Under the pieces are notes generated by a model. It made no database searches. It saw nothing but the letters and a program-made list of their open reading frames with translations, and had not been told where the DNA came from. DNA of 64,000 bases from a virus. Its lineage: Duplodnaviria; Heunggongvirae; Uroviricota; Caudoviricetes. Position 1 is the stretch's first letter; the number at the start of each line of letters is the position of its first letter. Position numbers and translations under genes: made by a program. Of this stretch, positions 9,067 to 19,373 are shown in pieces. The DNA lies in IMG/VR virus record IMGVR_UViG_3300012933_000388, positions 1 to 64,000 of that record; one strand, written 5' to 3'.

Positions 9067-9318
9067 ATGAAACAACGTGGATTTACACTAATTGAGTTGA
9101 TGGTAGTTATTACTATTGGTATGGTTGTTGTCAGTATTGGCCTTGGATTCCTTGGTGCAACTTCTGGCAATAGCAATATCAGCGTAGGTATCAACGGTGT
9201 AACCGAATCCCGTTGTATTGAGGGTTACAAGTTTGTACTTAGTGCAAGCCATGAGGCGCCTCGTCAGATCATTGACGAGTTCGGTAAGGGTGTTCGATGC
9301 AACGCAATGGTGAAATAA
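9067..9318 (+). CDS. type IV pilin/pseudopilin-like protein (prepilin N-terminal methylation motif)
   Basis: N-terminus MKQRGFTLIELMVVITIGMVVVSIG is the classic prepilin peptidase site (G/FTLIE) plus hydrophobic helix. SD AAGGAA. Confidence 0.6.
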   Translation: MKQRGFTLIELMVVITIGMVVVSIGLGFLGATSGNSNISVGINGVTESRCIEGYKFVLSASHEAPRQIIDEFGKGVRCNAMVK

Positions 9319-9319
9319 T

Positions 9320-10279
9320 ATGGAACAAAAAGTGAAACGCGGCTTCAAGCGTAAAACAATTGAGCAAACAATTCGCAACCACATCAAAGGCTGGTTGGCT
9401 TCAATCGATGACATCGAATTGCGTGATGAAGTTAAGAAGCACTATATTGTAACTGGTGGTGCTATCACTTCTATGTTGCTTGGCGACTTGCCGAACGATT
9501 ATGATGTATACTTGGATGATGTTGATGTCGCTGCTAAGCTGGCCAACTATTACATCAGCCGATTGTCTACACCTGACAATGAGAAGACTGCTGTTCCGAT
9601 CGTTGAAGTTCCACCAGAACGTAACCGTGTGACTATTAAAGTTAAGTCATCTGGTGTTGCTGGTGAAGATATCAATCAAGCAGACTACCAATACTTTGAA
9701 CAGTATGCTGATGGCGGTCAACGCTCTGCTTCATACTTGGATGCCATGGCATCGCGCGAGACAGGTGCATACAAAGCACTTGCTATTACTACTAATGCAA
9801 TCACGTTGTCTGATAAGACTCAGATCGTGTTGCGCTTTGTTGGCCCTGCCAACGTTATTCACAAGAACTATGACTTCGTCCACACAACCAACTACTTTAC
9901 AGAGTCAGAGGGTGCTGTATTTAACGAACCTGCTCTGGAATCCATCCTTGCCCGAGAACTCAAGTATGTCGGTAGTCTCTACCCGATTTGTTCGATCTTC
10001 CGGATCAAGAAATTCATCAAACGTGGGTGGACAATTACTGCAGGTGAAATGCTCAAGATTGCTTACGACATCAGCAAACTCGATCTCGACAATCCGCTAG
10101 TATTGCAAGAGCAATTGACTGGTGTTGATGCTGCATACTTTGCTCAGATCCTTCAGTTGATTCGACAAGAAGGTAAGCCAATCGATCGTACATATTTGTT
10201 CGAACTGGTTAACCGAATCTTCGATGAAGATTGGGAAGTTGAGCAAGCGATTAACGAATCTGGAATTAATTTAGCATGA
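9320..10279 (+). CDS. predicted nucleotidyltransferase-fold protein (tentative)
   Basis: IVTGGAITSMLLGDLPNDYDVYLDD fits a pol-beta-type hG[GS]...DxD pattern. 319 aa. Confidence 0.3.
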   Translation: MEQKVKRGFKRKTIEQTIRNHIKGWLASIDDIELRDEVKKHYIVTGGAITSMLLGDLPNDYDVYLDDVDVAAKLANYYISRLSTPDNEKTAVPIVEVPPERNRVTIKVKSSGVAGEDINQADYQYFEQYADGGQRSASYLDAMASRETGAYKALAITTNAITLSDKTQIVLRFVGPANVIHKNYDFVHTTNYFTESEGAVFNEPALESILARELKYVGSLYPICSIFRIKKFIKRGWTITAGEMLKIAYDISKLDLDNPLVLQEQLTGVDAAYFAQILQLIRQEGKPIDRTYLFELVNRIFDEDWEVEQAINESGINLA

Positions 10280-10560
10280 ACTACTCTTTAGACTACGACA
10301 ACACATACACGACAGATCCTGTAATGTGGGATGCGCTTATCGATATGATGAAACGCTATGGCCACAAGGTGTATGTTGTTACTATGCGTACACCCGAAGA
10401 AGGCGAAGAAGTACGCAAGTACCTCGCGGATAAGGTTGAGATGGTCATCTGCACATCACGTAAGGCGAAACAAGAATACGTCACTAACATGAATGTCCGA
10501 ATTGACATTTGGATTGATGACATGCCTTGGTTCATTCTCAATGATGCGAGACAGCTATGA
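10276..10560 (+). CDS. hypothetical protein
   Basis: ORF 94 aa with ATGA overlap to the neighbour. Confidence 0.4.
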   Translation: MNYSLDYDNTYTTDPVMWDALIDMMKRYGHKVYVVTMRTPEEGEEVRKYLADKVEMVICTSRKAKQEYVTNMNVRIDIWIDDMPWFILNDARQL

Positions 10561-10781
10561 AGAATTGGATCCTAACACAATGTGCTAAGGTACTACCATA
10601 CCATCGTTGGGCAGCTTTATTGTTTGTTCAGGTTTGGGTGTGGCCACAAATTCTCGACCCACATATGCCCGCAGGTGTTGGGTTCAGTACTATCGTCACA
10701 ATGTTCTTCTGCATAGTTTACAACATTATCAAACTGGTCATTGCATATGAAGACAGACAAAATTCAAAAGCTGTTAGATAA
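10557..10781 (+). CDS. small membrane protein
   Basis: ORF 74 aa, hydrophobic. Confidence 0.35.
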   Translation: MKNWILTQCAKVLPYHRWAALLFVQVWVWPQILDPHMPAGVGFSTIVTMFFCIVYNIIKLVIAYEDRQNSKAVR

Positions 10782-10969
10782 AGAAGCTCGACTGGGTAAC
10801 GAGCGTTACGATGTCGTACAGCAAATTAAGCAGCTACGCGGCACTGAGCCACCTGTGTGTTGGGGTCAAGACGATTGCTCTACAATGATGTTGGTCCGCT
10901 GTCCGTGGCGCATCGATTGTGGTAGTCCTAAGGATTGACAAGTTTGCCTAGTGGCAGTATAATTGCTAT

Positions 10970-11251
10970 ATGAAATTTCTTAAAATCGAAACCATCGAAG
11001 AGGGCATGATCCCTCCACGCGCTCGCATTGCCCTTATTAAGGTAGTCGACACATTCATTAAAGATTGCCCAATTAGCTACGCAATCGTTTTGCGTCTTCC
11101 GTTCAAACGATGGAAGACCTTTTTCAGTATGCGCAACTTCGATAACGATCAAGGGTGGTGCGTGTATACTTGTTTCCTAACATACCACAAATGGCGTCGT
11201 GAATTCAAACGAGGCGGCATGTGGGTCCCAATTGAAACGGATGACCTATGA
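10970..11251 (+). CDS. hypothetical protein
   Basis: ORF 93 aa. Confidence 0.35.
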   Translation: MKFLKIETIEEGMIPPRARIALIKVVDTFIKDCPISYAIVLRLPFKRWKTFFSMRNFDNDQGWCVYTCFLTYHKWRREFKRGGMWVPIETDDL

Positions 11252-11398
11252 GCGAACGATCGCTAATGTGGATAATGATCAAGAATATTGTACTTGTTAT
11301 ATCCACATGCCTGAGTGTGTATTATATTAGTGGCTGGATGATCTTTATGATGTTGGCCTATACCTCAATCGAAATCAGCCCCAAGAAGGATAAAGATA

Positions 11399-11833
11399 AT
11401 GAATGACGAAGAATTCAACGAGAATGGCACGTTCAGTGTCAACCTGGATAGGATCATTGCAAGCAAGGACATGCTTGCTGTCACTAAGCTCGTTGCAATG
11501 GAGGCAAAGAATGAAGGGTATGTTACTGTTGGCCGATTCCTCCAGCAGCTGTCCGATCACGACTTGACTGAGTTGTTAGGAATTGCTGAGTCATGCAAGG
11601 ATGAGACTAACGACCGTGTTGGTGAGTTGTTATTGATTGCTGAGATCCTTGCTGCAGGCGAAGGCCTTGAACCAGCCGAGATTGATGAGATTACTAAACG
11701 AATCAATGTGTTCATCGTATTGCTCAACGTCGAATCGTTGCACCGCAAAGGGCTGGTTAAAGCTATTCATAATAATATGTCGCTGGGCGAAGATGCAGGT
11801 AACAAAGTGATCGTAGAGAAAATCAAACCATGA
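11399..11833 (+). CDS. hypothetical protein
   Basis: ORF 144 aa. Confidence 0.4.
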   Translation: MNDEEFNENGTFSVNLDRIIASKDMLAVTKLVAMEAKNEGYVTVGRFLQQLSDHDLTELLGIAESCKDETNDRVGELLLIAEILAAGEGLEPAEIDEITKRINVFIVLLNVESLHRKGLVKAIHNNMSLGEDAGNKVIVEKIKP

Positions 11834-12060
11834 CGATTCTGGAATTTCTCAATAACGCTACCAACTTTATTGGTACTGTATTGAAGTATGGAGTCATTGC
11901 CTTCTTAATCGTATTGCTGTATGGGTTCTTCATGCAAGAAGAGTATGATGAAGACTATGTGACGTTCACCGTATCATGTAAGTCTGTCCTAAGCGATACT
12001 GATCATTATCCAGCCAACATTGTAAATTATTGTGTAGAAAATAGGAGCGACATTAAATGA
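11830..12060 (+). CDS. small membrane protein
   Basis: ORF 76 aa with ATGA overlap. Confidence 0.35.
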   Translation: MTILEFLNNATNFIGTVLKYGVIAFLIVLLYGFFMQEEYDEDYVTFTVSCKSVLSDTDHYPANIVNYCVENRSDIK

Positions 12061-12405
12061 GTAATCTTTGGAATTATATGGTAGACCAGTTGTCAGGCGA
12101 TTTGGATCACTTGCAGGATGACGACGAACATCTAGCAACAGACAAAGCATCTGTATATGTCGAGCAGCTGTTGCTACCAGAAGATGTGGCAATCACATAT
12201 CACCTCAAGTACGCGGTCAAGGCAGATGATGCGGTATGACGGAAAAGGTATTATCATACGAACAATTCCAGGAGCAGTACTACCCACGTCTGACTACTGA
12301 AGCATATCGTAAGGAAATGCTCGAGAAGTATGGCGTCGATATTGATGCCGAGCAGGAAGCAATGACCCGCAAGCAGTATGAGATGTACTTGGATGGTATA
12401 TTATA

Positions 12406-12702
12406 ATGGCCACTAAGAAACCAGTCGCTAAACCTGTTGCTAGGCCGGCCGCTAAGAAGGCACCTACGACTCCAGCTGTCGTGACGAAGGCAGCTAAGGT
12501 GGTCAAGCCTGTTGTTCCTGATGTGGAAATTAGTCCACCATTCGTAATGACAGATAAGTGGACGTTCAAATGCAACGATGAGGTCGTGTCTAAATCTGTG
12601 TTCGAGTCTATGATGAAAGACCATGATGCATATGTGGCTGAGCAAGCAAAGGCTGCACTTGCTGCCGATACGCCAGAAAAGAAAACTAGGAAAAAGAAAT
12701 GA
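12406..12702 (+). CDS. basic Ala/Lys/Pro-rich protein (histone H1-like N-terminal repeats)
   Basis: MATKKPVAKPVARPAAKKAPTTPAVVTKAAKVVKPVVP, C-terminus KKTRKKK. Confidence 0.4.
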   Translation: MATKKPVAKPVARPAAKKAPTTPAVVTKAAKVVKPVVPDVEISPPFVMTDKWTFKCNDEVVSKSVFESMMKDHDAYVAEQAKAALAADTPEKKTRKKK

Positions 12703-12959
12703 GAAAGAAACTATTTCGTGTTACTGTTGAATTTGATTATGTAATCGTCGCTGATGATGATGGTGACTCGTGTTGGGATGTTGCAGAACAGAATGTGCGA
12801 GACGCATTCAACGATCTAGACCGAAGCCAGTTGTCATTTCATGTAGTCCCATTTAAAATGGCAGATATGAAGAAGACTACAGGATGGGATGAAGAATGCA
12901 TTCCATATGGTGGTGATGGTAACACTCGCACAGGCGAGTATCTCAAAGGGGAAAAGTGA
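12699..12959 (+). CDS. hypothetical protein
   Basis: ORF 86 aa. Confidence 0.35.
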   Translation: MRKKLFRVTVEFDYVIVADDDGDSCWDVAEQNVRDAFNDLDRSQLSFHVVPFKMADMKKTTGWDEECIPYGGDGNTRTGEYLKGEK

Positions 12960-13252
12960 TGTTGGCTTTGTTTATAGTTGGTTTAGTCTTTTTTGGTGTC
13001 GTCATTCGTGGCTGGGCACTGTCGACGCTATGGGCTTGGTTCCTGGTGCCAATCGGCTTACCAGCAATCGGTATTGCTACGGCGTTGGGCATTTCTGTGA
13101 TCATTGGATTGTTCACAGTACACCTCAACAACGACAAAATCAAGGTCGATAAGAATTCGAGCTCTGATATGATCGGCACTATCATTGCCAAAGCAATCGG
13201 TGGTCCGTTGGTGTCTGTGTTTATCGGTTGGATTATCACATTGTTCATGTAA
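12956..13252 (+). CDS. membrane protein
   Basis: ORF 98 aa, three hydrophobic segments. Confidence 0.4.
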   Translation: MMLALFIVGLVFFGVVIRGWALSTLWAWFLVPIGLPAIGIATALGISVIIGLFTVHLNNDKIKVDKNSSSDMIGTIIAKAIGGPLVSVFIGWIITLFM

Positions 13253-13261
13253 GGATTAGTA

Positions 13262-13708
13262 ATGTCTAAGAAAGAAGTTGCAGTAGCAGCAAATGACCAA
13301 CTGACTCCACTCCAACAACAATTGTTGGATCGTGCAGATTCCATTATGAGTTCGATTGCAACAACAGTCGATAAGGCTAGTACATTTGCTGCGGAACAAG
13401 TACCAGATATCGCATTGCAGTATGTTGCATTTGGACGAGCGAGTATTTCAGCATATGTGGCAATCAGCGTAATTGTATTTTGTATTGCATTCTGGTTGTG
13501 TATTCGAGTTGGTATTATGAACTCACGCGGATATCCAGCTGATGGATATTCGTGGGATGATCGACGCATCGGAGCTACTCTATTCGGTGGCGGTATGGGT
13601 GTTATATCAATCATTGCGTTCTTCATTAACTTGAACAACTTTATCATGGTATGGGTTGCTCCTAAGATTTGGTTGATCAACGAAATTGCACGATTGGTCA
13701 AGCGATGA
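13262..13708 (+). CDS. membrane protein
   Basis: ORF 148 aa with SD. Confidence 0.4.
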   Translation: MSKKEVAVAANDQLTPLQQQLLDRADSIMSSIATTVDKASTFAAEQVPDIALQYVAFGRASISAYVAISVIVFCIAFWLCIRVGIMNSRGYPADGYSWDDRRIGATLFGGGMGVISIIAFFINLNNFIMVWVAPKIWLINEIARLVKR

Positions 13709-14070
13709 ACGTAATCATTGCAGGTGGCAGAGATGTCACCGATTTTGACTTAGTTGAACGAGCAGTCAACAACTCTGGTTTCGAAATCGAGCAAGTAGTC
13801 TCGGGCGGAGCTAAGGGTGTTGATACGCTTGCTGTACTATACGCTCAGAAGTATAATAAACACTTAGCGTTGTTTATGGCCGACTGGGACCGACATGGAC
13901 GTAAGGCAGGACCAATTCGTAATGGGCAGATGGCAGAGTATGCTGATGCTTTGATTGCGGTGTGGGACGGTAAGTCAAAAGGTACTAAGAATATGATCGA
14001 CCAAGCAACAGCTAAAGGTTTGAAAGTATACATTGAGCGAACAGATCAACCAACTGCATTGGATATTTAA
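13704..14070 (+). CDS. SLOG/DUF2493-family protein
   Basis: MNVIIAGGRDVTDFDLVERAV...VSGGAKGVDTLA. Rossmann-like GGxxGxD pattern of the DprA/LOG-like SLOG fold, common in phages. Confidence 0.45.
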
Positions 14071-14436
14071 ATGAACGAAATTCTCATCTTGATGCTTGCT
14101 TTGTTTACGAAGCATTTGATTGTGGACTTCCCTCTCCAAGGCCCATGGCAGTGGATGAACAAAGGGACATACATGCATCCAGGTGGCATGTTCCACGCAT
14201 TCTTGCATGGTGTTGGTACTATGTTGTGCTTCACACATTATGCACCACAAGCAGCGTTTTGGTTAGGGTTGTTTGATTGTATAATCCATTACCACATCGA
14301 CTGGTTGAAGATGAACATCAACGCTTGGTATGGTTGGAAGTCGGATAAGCATGAACAGTTCTGGTGGGCACTTGGTGTTGATCAGTATCTTCATGCTATA
14401 ACGTATATTGGTTTAGTCGCATTGGTAACGAAATAA
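14071..14436 (+). CDS. membrane protein
   Basis: ORF 121 aa, His/Trp-rich, hydrophobic. Confidence 0.4.
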   Translation: MNEILILMLALFTKHLIVDFPLQGPWQWMNKGTYMHPGGMFHAFLHGVGTMLCFTHYAPQAAFWLGLFDCIIHYHIDWLKMNINAWYGWKSDKHEQFWWALGVDQYLHAITYIGLVALVTK

Positions 14437-14445
14437 GGAAATATT

Positions 14446-14841
14446 ATGAGCAAGTCAAAACGAATTGTAGCCCCCTTCATCAACGACTTCGGTCAGGTGA
14501 TCCAACCTAACGAGTCAGTGTTTGCTGTCACTACATGCACACATCGTACAAACGTATTCGAAGCCAAATACGTCGGTTATGTTGAGCGTCAGTCATACAA
14601 CTGGAAAGAGAAGAAGCATGAGACGATGAAGTTCGCTCAGATCAGCACTCCTTCAAGCAGACACGTGTACTACAAGAAGGGTACCACAGAGTTGTTCCAA
14701 TGGAGCTCATATGTTAATGGCGTTCCTGGCGACCAGCAATACGACCGTGTAGAAGAAACGTATGATCACATCAGTACATTGCAATACAATCGCATCCTGT
14801 CTAAGAACTCATCATTGCATGAGCTTGCATCTGTAGTATGA
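14446..14841 (+). CDS. hypothetical protein
   Basis: ORF 131 aa with SD AAGGAAA. Confidence 0.4.
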   Translation: MSKSKRIVAPFINDFGQVIQPNESVFAVTTCTHRTNVFEAKYVGYVERQSYNWKEKKHETMKFAQISTPSSRHVYYKKGTTELFQWSSYVNGVPGDQQYDRVEETYDHISTLQYNRILSKNSSLHELASVV

Positions 14842-15054
14842 GTCACGTAGTTAGAGACGTCCGCTGGTTCTGTGGCCGTACAATGGTTGGCATTGTGCAG
14901 GTCGAAGACCAGTACGATGGTATCAAGTACTACATCGCTTCTCCTCCTGGCGAGGCGAATGGTCACAACGAGCAGGAAGATATCGACTTTATTGCTGATT
15001 GGGGATCTACGTTTCCGAAGCAAGCGGGCAATCTTTTGTTTGGGTTATGTAATA

Positions 15055-15399
15055 ATGATTGATTTCCTTACAGACATCCGTGAGACTTGGAGCATATCTT
15101 ACAAGGCTGCTGTTGAGCGTCGTAAGGAACGCGAGCGTGCCGCTGAGCGCAAGCGATTGGCTGCCGTGTTCAACGACATCTACACATACCGTTATCGCTA
15201 CGATAAGTCGAGCAGCGAACGATTGCCTGGTACCGGAATGTTTGGGTTTGCGGCAGAGACTGGTTATGCTTGGATGTGTCCCAAGTGCAATAAAATACAT
15301 TTAGCTAGTGGCTGTACTGGTATGACTGGTGTACAATATCCAGCATGCTGTGACCATCGTGAAGGTCATAGACTATACGACAACATAAGGACAAGATGA
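15055..15399 (+). CDS. hypothetical Cys-containing protein
   Basis: In-frame ATG within table ORF 14872-15399. CPKC..C..CC pattern. Confidence 0.35.
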   Translation: MIDFLTDIRETWSISYKAAVERRKERERAAERKRLAAVFNDIYTYRYRYDKSSSERLPGTGMFGFAAETGYAWMCPKCNKIHLASGCTGMTGVQYPACCDHREGHRLYDNIRTR

Positions 15400-15659
15400 A
15401 TAAAGAACTAATCGATAAGATCGCTTTCCAACACAACCTCCCATATAGCGAGGCACTTGTTGAGTACACTCGCTCTATCATCCAAGAGTGCGTTGGTCGT
15501 TGCGATGTGGTTGCTGAGGAAGCTCATGCCGCTAAGACTAGCGACTTTACTACAGACATGGGCAAGCAATTGTTCTCTGGTATGTGGGGTGGTGCTATGG
15601 GTTGCGGTAATGCCATTATGATGCACTTTGACATTGAAGTGCCAGAAGAAAGAATGTAA
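15396..15659 (+). CDS. hypothetical protein
   Basis: ORF 87 aa with ATGA overlap. Confidence 0.35.
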   Translation: MNKELIDKIAFQHNLPYSEALVEYTRSIIQECVGRCDVVAEEAHAAKTSDFTTDMGKQLFSGMWGGAMGCGNAIMMHFDIEVPEERM

Positions 15660-16060
15660 TGAAACTCGATATGGAAAAGCTCCGTCGTGAGTATGAGATT
15701 CAAAAGGCTGCAGAGAAGGTCGTCGTCGACAATTTGCTAGCTAAGGGTGAGTTCCTCGATGAGGACGGTTATCCAACATCTGATGCTCTAACGATTGTTG
15801 AGCTATGGCCATTCGAGGATGAGAAGGGTTGGTTCATATTCATTGAGAGCTTGTGGGCAATGAAGCATTTCGGTTGGGCTGAAGGCGAAGCTCCGCACGA
15901 TTGGGATAAAGATAAGGTTGTGTATCTTTATGAATTGTCTACTGCTGGCTGGTCTGGTAATGAAGCTATCATTCGATCGATGGAAGAGAATGATAGCCTA
16001 TGGCATACGACATGGGTACAATCTCGTCGTGGTGGTCATTATATTTTTGAGATAGACTAA
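15659..16060 (+). CDS. hypothetical protein
   Basis: ORF 133 aa. Confidence 0.4.
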   Translation: MKLDMEKLRREYEIQKAAEKVVVDNLLAKGEFLDEDGYPTSDALTIVELWPFEDEKGWFIFIESLWAMKHFGWAEGEAPHDWDKDKVVYLYELSTAGWSGNEAIIRSMEENDSLWHTTWVQSRRGGHYIFEID

Positions 16061-16251
16061 GATGACAATTAAATTATTGATAGCTAAGTTGTTCTTCACG
16101 TTTCTCGTGCTGATAGTTCCATATGTGATATACATTGGCAACAAAAAAGCTATTGATGTTCCTCGGTGGGCTCAGTGGCTTGGAGTATTTTTATTTGGTG
16201 GTGCTGCGGTGACACTCTTCGTGGCGATTATGATTGCAATTTGGGAATAGT

Positions 16252-16656
16252 ATGGAAGTAACATTAAACAAATCATGGCATCTGTGGCTCGCTAACTTTG
16301 GCGAGAAGCGAATCTACCCCAACTGCGGTACCGACATTTGTGAGTATACACGAGCAGTGATGGTTGGTTCGTTCTGGGCACTCGTTGCAGGAACCTTCAT
16401 CACGTTAGGTACGTTGTGGGTCGGATTCTCTTTCTATGATATTGCTTTGGCAATCTTTACAGGTAGCGCGCTCTTGCCATATTCGATCATCTTCCTCATG
16501 TTGGTTGGGGCGTTTGTGTTGTTGGTGACAATTGTGGCATACAAAGAGTGGCGTAAGATGCAACCAAGTGAGCCTCCAAAGCCACCATCTTTCACTGCAG
16601 TGGCCTACCGTAAGTTCAAAGACAAAACTTGTTTCCGGATTAAATTCAATGAGTAA
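16252..16656 (+). CDS. membrane protein
   Basis: In-frame ATG in ORF 16234-16656. Multiple TM segments. Confidence 0.4.
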   Translation: MEVTLNKSWHLWLANFGEKRIYPNCGTDICEYTRAVMVGSFWALVAGTFITLGTLWVGFSFYDIALAIFTGSALLPYSIIFLMLVGAFVLLVTIVAYKEWRKMQPSEPPKPPSFTAVAYRKFKDKTCFRIKFNE

Positions 16657-16660
16657 TGTG

Positions 16661-17023
16661 ATGATTCAAGAAGTGATCGAGCGTGCTAATGCATCATTCT
16701 GCAAGAAGTACGGTATGGAAGGAACATACCATAACGACTTCACCCCATTCTTTGCAGAGCACTTGCTCGACCAGGTATGTAAAGATATTTCAGGATGTGC
16801 CGATCCTGCTAGTGCTATAGCATATGTCCGGATGAAGTATCACGTTGGTATGTTCAAGCGTGGCGATCGAGTACGTGCAAGTGAGAATGCTGGGTTCCAT
16901 CGTGGAGCCACCGGTGTGGTTGAATTTGTAGAGCCATCATACAAACGTGTATGGGTATTGCGCGATCATTCAACTTCACCAGTATACTACGCACCAGTAG
17001 AGTTGGAGTATGAAAATGTTTGA
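16661..17023 (+). CDS. hypothetical protein
   Basis: In-frame ATG in ORF 16532-17023. Confidence 0.4.
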   Translation: MIQEVIERANASFCKKYGMEGTYHNDFTPFFAEHLLDQVCKDISGCADPASAIAYVRMKYHVGMFKRGDRVRASENAGFHRGATGVVEFVEPSYKRVWVLRDHSTSPVYYAPVELEYENV

Positions 17024-17414
17024 TACAATACACGTCAATAGGCACTTCAATGCTTCAACTTTGACTGCAACAGTAACCGAGAAGCGAGCACCGACCGATG
17101 CATCGGTTCGCTTACTCAAAGAGATGGAGAAAGCTGCTCGCGATAAGGTGATCGCATCGATCGAGCTTGACTCTAATATTGTCAAAGGCAGAGTATTTGT
17201 AATGAAAGAAGTCCTGTCTGGTAAGAACAACTTTGCTGTGCTGATGGATATCAATGGCAAACGAGTTGAGATCAGAGTATCGACAAATGAATATGAGTCA
17301 CCTGACGCACAACTACAAGAAGTGTATCAGGAGATTGGTCGTCGCATTGCTGCTGAGGTAATGCCTGATGTGTTTGACACTGCTAGAAAAGAATTGCTGT
17401 TTAAAAATGTCTAA
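17010..17414 (+). CDS. hypothetical protein
   Basis: ORF 134 aa. Confidence 0.4.
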   Translation: MKMFDTIHVNRHFNASTLTATVTEKRAPTDASVRLLKEMEKAARDKVIASIELDSNIVKGRVFVMKEVLSGKNNFAVLMDINGKRVEIRVSTNEYESPDAQLQEVYQEIGRRIAAEVMPDVFDTARKELLFKNV

Positions 17415-17516
17415 GTTCTGGGATATCTTCTACACTGTTGGGCAGCTTTGTGTCCTTGCTGGCATATTGTATATGTGCTTTCTATTTTTGATGCTAGGAA
17501 AGGCGTTGACTCAATT

Positions 17517-17870
17517 ATGACAGATAAAGAAACCATTGCGTTCATGCAGGACGTACTACGCTCAACACGTGAGCTGATTGTATATGGTTGCAATCCAGAT
17601 CTAACCGAATATCAGAAGCAAGTGATGAAACGGATTGGTCTTGCTACTGCCATGGCTCAAGATGCATTGAACCAACCAGACTCGGTTGATGAGATTACAA
17701 TCTACCAGTATAATACGTTTGAGGATTGGTTCTGTGAGATTGAGAACTACGGTACACGTGGTGAACGATTCTGGGAGTCACTCAACGGCTTCAAGTCCGA
17801 TCTCGGCAAAGAAGCCAATCATATTGTGTGGTTAAAAGCTGCATTTGAATCTGGACGACTATTGGGGTGA
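17517..17870 (+). CDS. hypothetical protein
   Basis: In-frame ATG (MTDKETIAF...) in ORF 17448-17870. Confidence 0.35.
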   Translation: MTDKETIAFMQDVLRSTRELIVYGCNPDLTEYQKQVMKRIGLATAMAQDALNQPDSVDEITIYQYNTFEDWFCEIENYGTRGERFWESLNGFKSDLGKEANHIVWLKAAFESGRLLG

Positions 17871-17873
17871 CTT

Positions 17874-18317
17874 ATGTTTTGGGGTGGACTGAACGGTGAT
17901 GGATTCGCTGATGAATCGGATTATGACTATGGAGCTTATGCCGAAGGTCCATATGTACGCAAACGTTTGTCCGTCATGCCAAGGACCAACATAACATGCA
18001 CTCGTTGTGGATATCGTGGTCTGCACTGGAAGAATACCGATAGCGGTTGGCGGCTGGCATATGACTCTGGCTCTCCTTTGTTCGGTAAAATACATGCATG
18101 CGATTTTGAAGGAGAAGATATGGTCAAGAAGAAAGTAAATCATTTCAACGTAGTGCAAGATGTCATCGACCAGGATGGAATTGAATATGCTTTCGAGTCA
18201 TATTCGAACTGGGATGAGATCAAAGATGAGCAATTCCACACATTGCGATTGAACTTCCTGTATGCGATGCAAGAGCTATCGGATTATGTCTCGGGCCATA
18301 CTGACGAGGAAGAATGA
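17874..18317 (+). CDS. hypothetical acidic protein
   Basis: ORF 147 aa. Confidence 0.4.
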   Translation: MFWGGLNGDGFADESDYDYGAYAEGPYVRKRLSVMPRTNITCTRCGYRGLHWKNTDSGWRLAYDSGSPLFGKIHACDFEGEDMVKKKVNHFNVVQDVIDQDGIEYAFESYSNWDEIKDEQFHTLRLNFLYAMQELSDYVSGHTDEEE

Positions 18318-18554
18318 TGGCAGTCATCGGCTTCCTATGCGTATGTGCGTTCCTGTTGTATCTCACGATCGTATATGTGCTCTTGTTCCTCGACACGATG
18401 GGCAAGTACAACATCGGGGGCGTTCCTAATACATTAACGTCCAAAGTTATAACTGCACTCGCTGGAGCAGTGTTGTGGTGGTTGTGGACCGAGGCGTTGT
18501 TGTACTCACCATTTGAGGTTATAATCAAATCATAAACAAACAAAAGAGTATATT

Positions 18555-18965
18555 ATGACGTTGATGGAACAAATTAAACAAAAGCAATTGGCAGCTCGCA
18601 AAGAGGGTTTACCAATTGCTAGCCTGTACACCACATTGCTCGGTGAAGCCGCAATGATTGGTAAGAACGCTGGCGACCGTGAAACTACAGACGCTGAAGT
18701 TGTTGCCGTTGTTAAGAAGTTCATCAAGAACACAAACGAAACAATCGACGCATTGACTACTCGCGGTCAGAATGCTGAGATGTTTGTGATTGAGCGAATG
18801 ATCTTGGAAGAGTTCCTACCAACACAATTGGACGAGGCTCGCTTGAAGGATATTGCATCCACAATGGCGTCGATGCCAGAGTTTATGAAGCACCTGAAAG
18901 AAAACTTTGCTGGTCAGTATGATGGCAAGTTGGCTTCGACTGTGGCTAAAACTGTGTTTGCATGA
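18555..18965 (+). CDS. GatB/YqeY-domain protein
   Basis: LAARKEGLPIASLYTTLLGEA...VVAVVKKFIKN...ILEEFLPTQLDEARLKDI follows the YqeY pattern (..lkeArK.gd....tL..l...i...ile.ylP.qlseeel). Confidence 0.5.
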   Translation: MTLMEQIKQKQLAARKEGLPIASLYTTLLGEAAMIGKNAGDRETTDAEVVAVVKKFIKNTNETIDALTTRGQNAEMFVIERMILEEFLPTQLDEARLKDIASTMASMPEFMKHLKENFAGQYDGKLASTVAKTVFA

Positions 18966-19148
18966 CGGAGACTGAGCAAACATGGAGAGGGACTGAGATT
19001 GAGTTGGAATACATTCAATCTCAGTTTGTCCATCTGCACAACGTTGGCGATAAGAACTGGACACCCGAACAAAAGTTAGAAGCATATAAGCTGCGCAGAC
19101 GCTGCATTGAGCTTGGTGAATATCGCTACTACCTACTAAGGAACAACA

Positions 19149-19373
19149 ATGGCTAAGAAGAAACAAGCAAAACAGTTTATGTATGCTGTCGGTCACTACT
19201 GGGAAGGTGAGTCTGGATCAGTTGGAACGTATGCATATGGCAATGAACTCTTCTACGGTACTATGGCACAGGCACAGAGCTTCTTGGGGTATGTGCAAGA
19301 AGAGAACAAGAAGAAGAAAGTGGCCGATCGACGTGACTGGCGTATCTTCCAATTGATTGAAGTGCCAGCATGA
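19149..19373 (+). CDS. hypothetical protein
   Basis: ORF 74 aa. Confidence 0.35.
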   Translation: MAKKKQAKQFMYAVGHYWEGESGSVGTYAYGNELFYGTMAQAQSFLGYVQEENKKKKVADRRDWRIFQLIEVPA

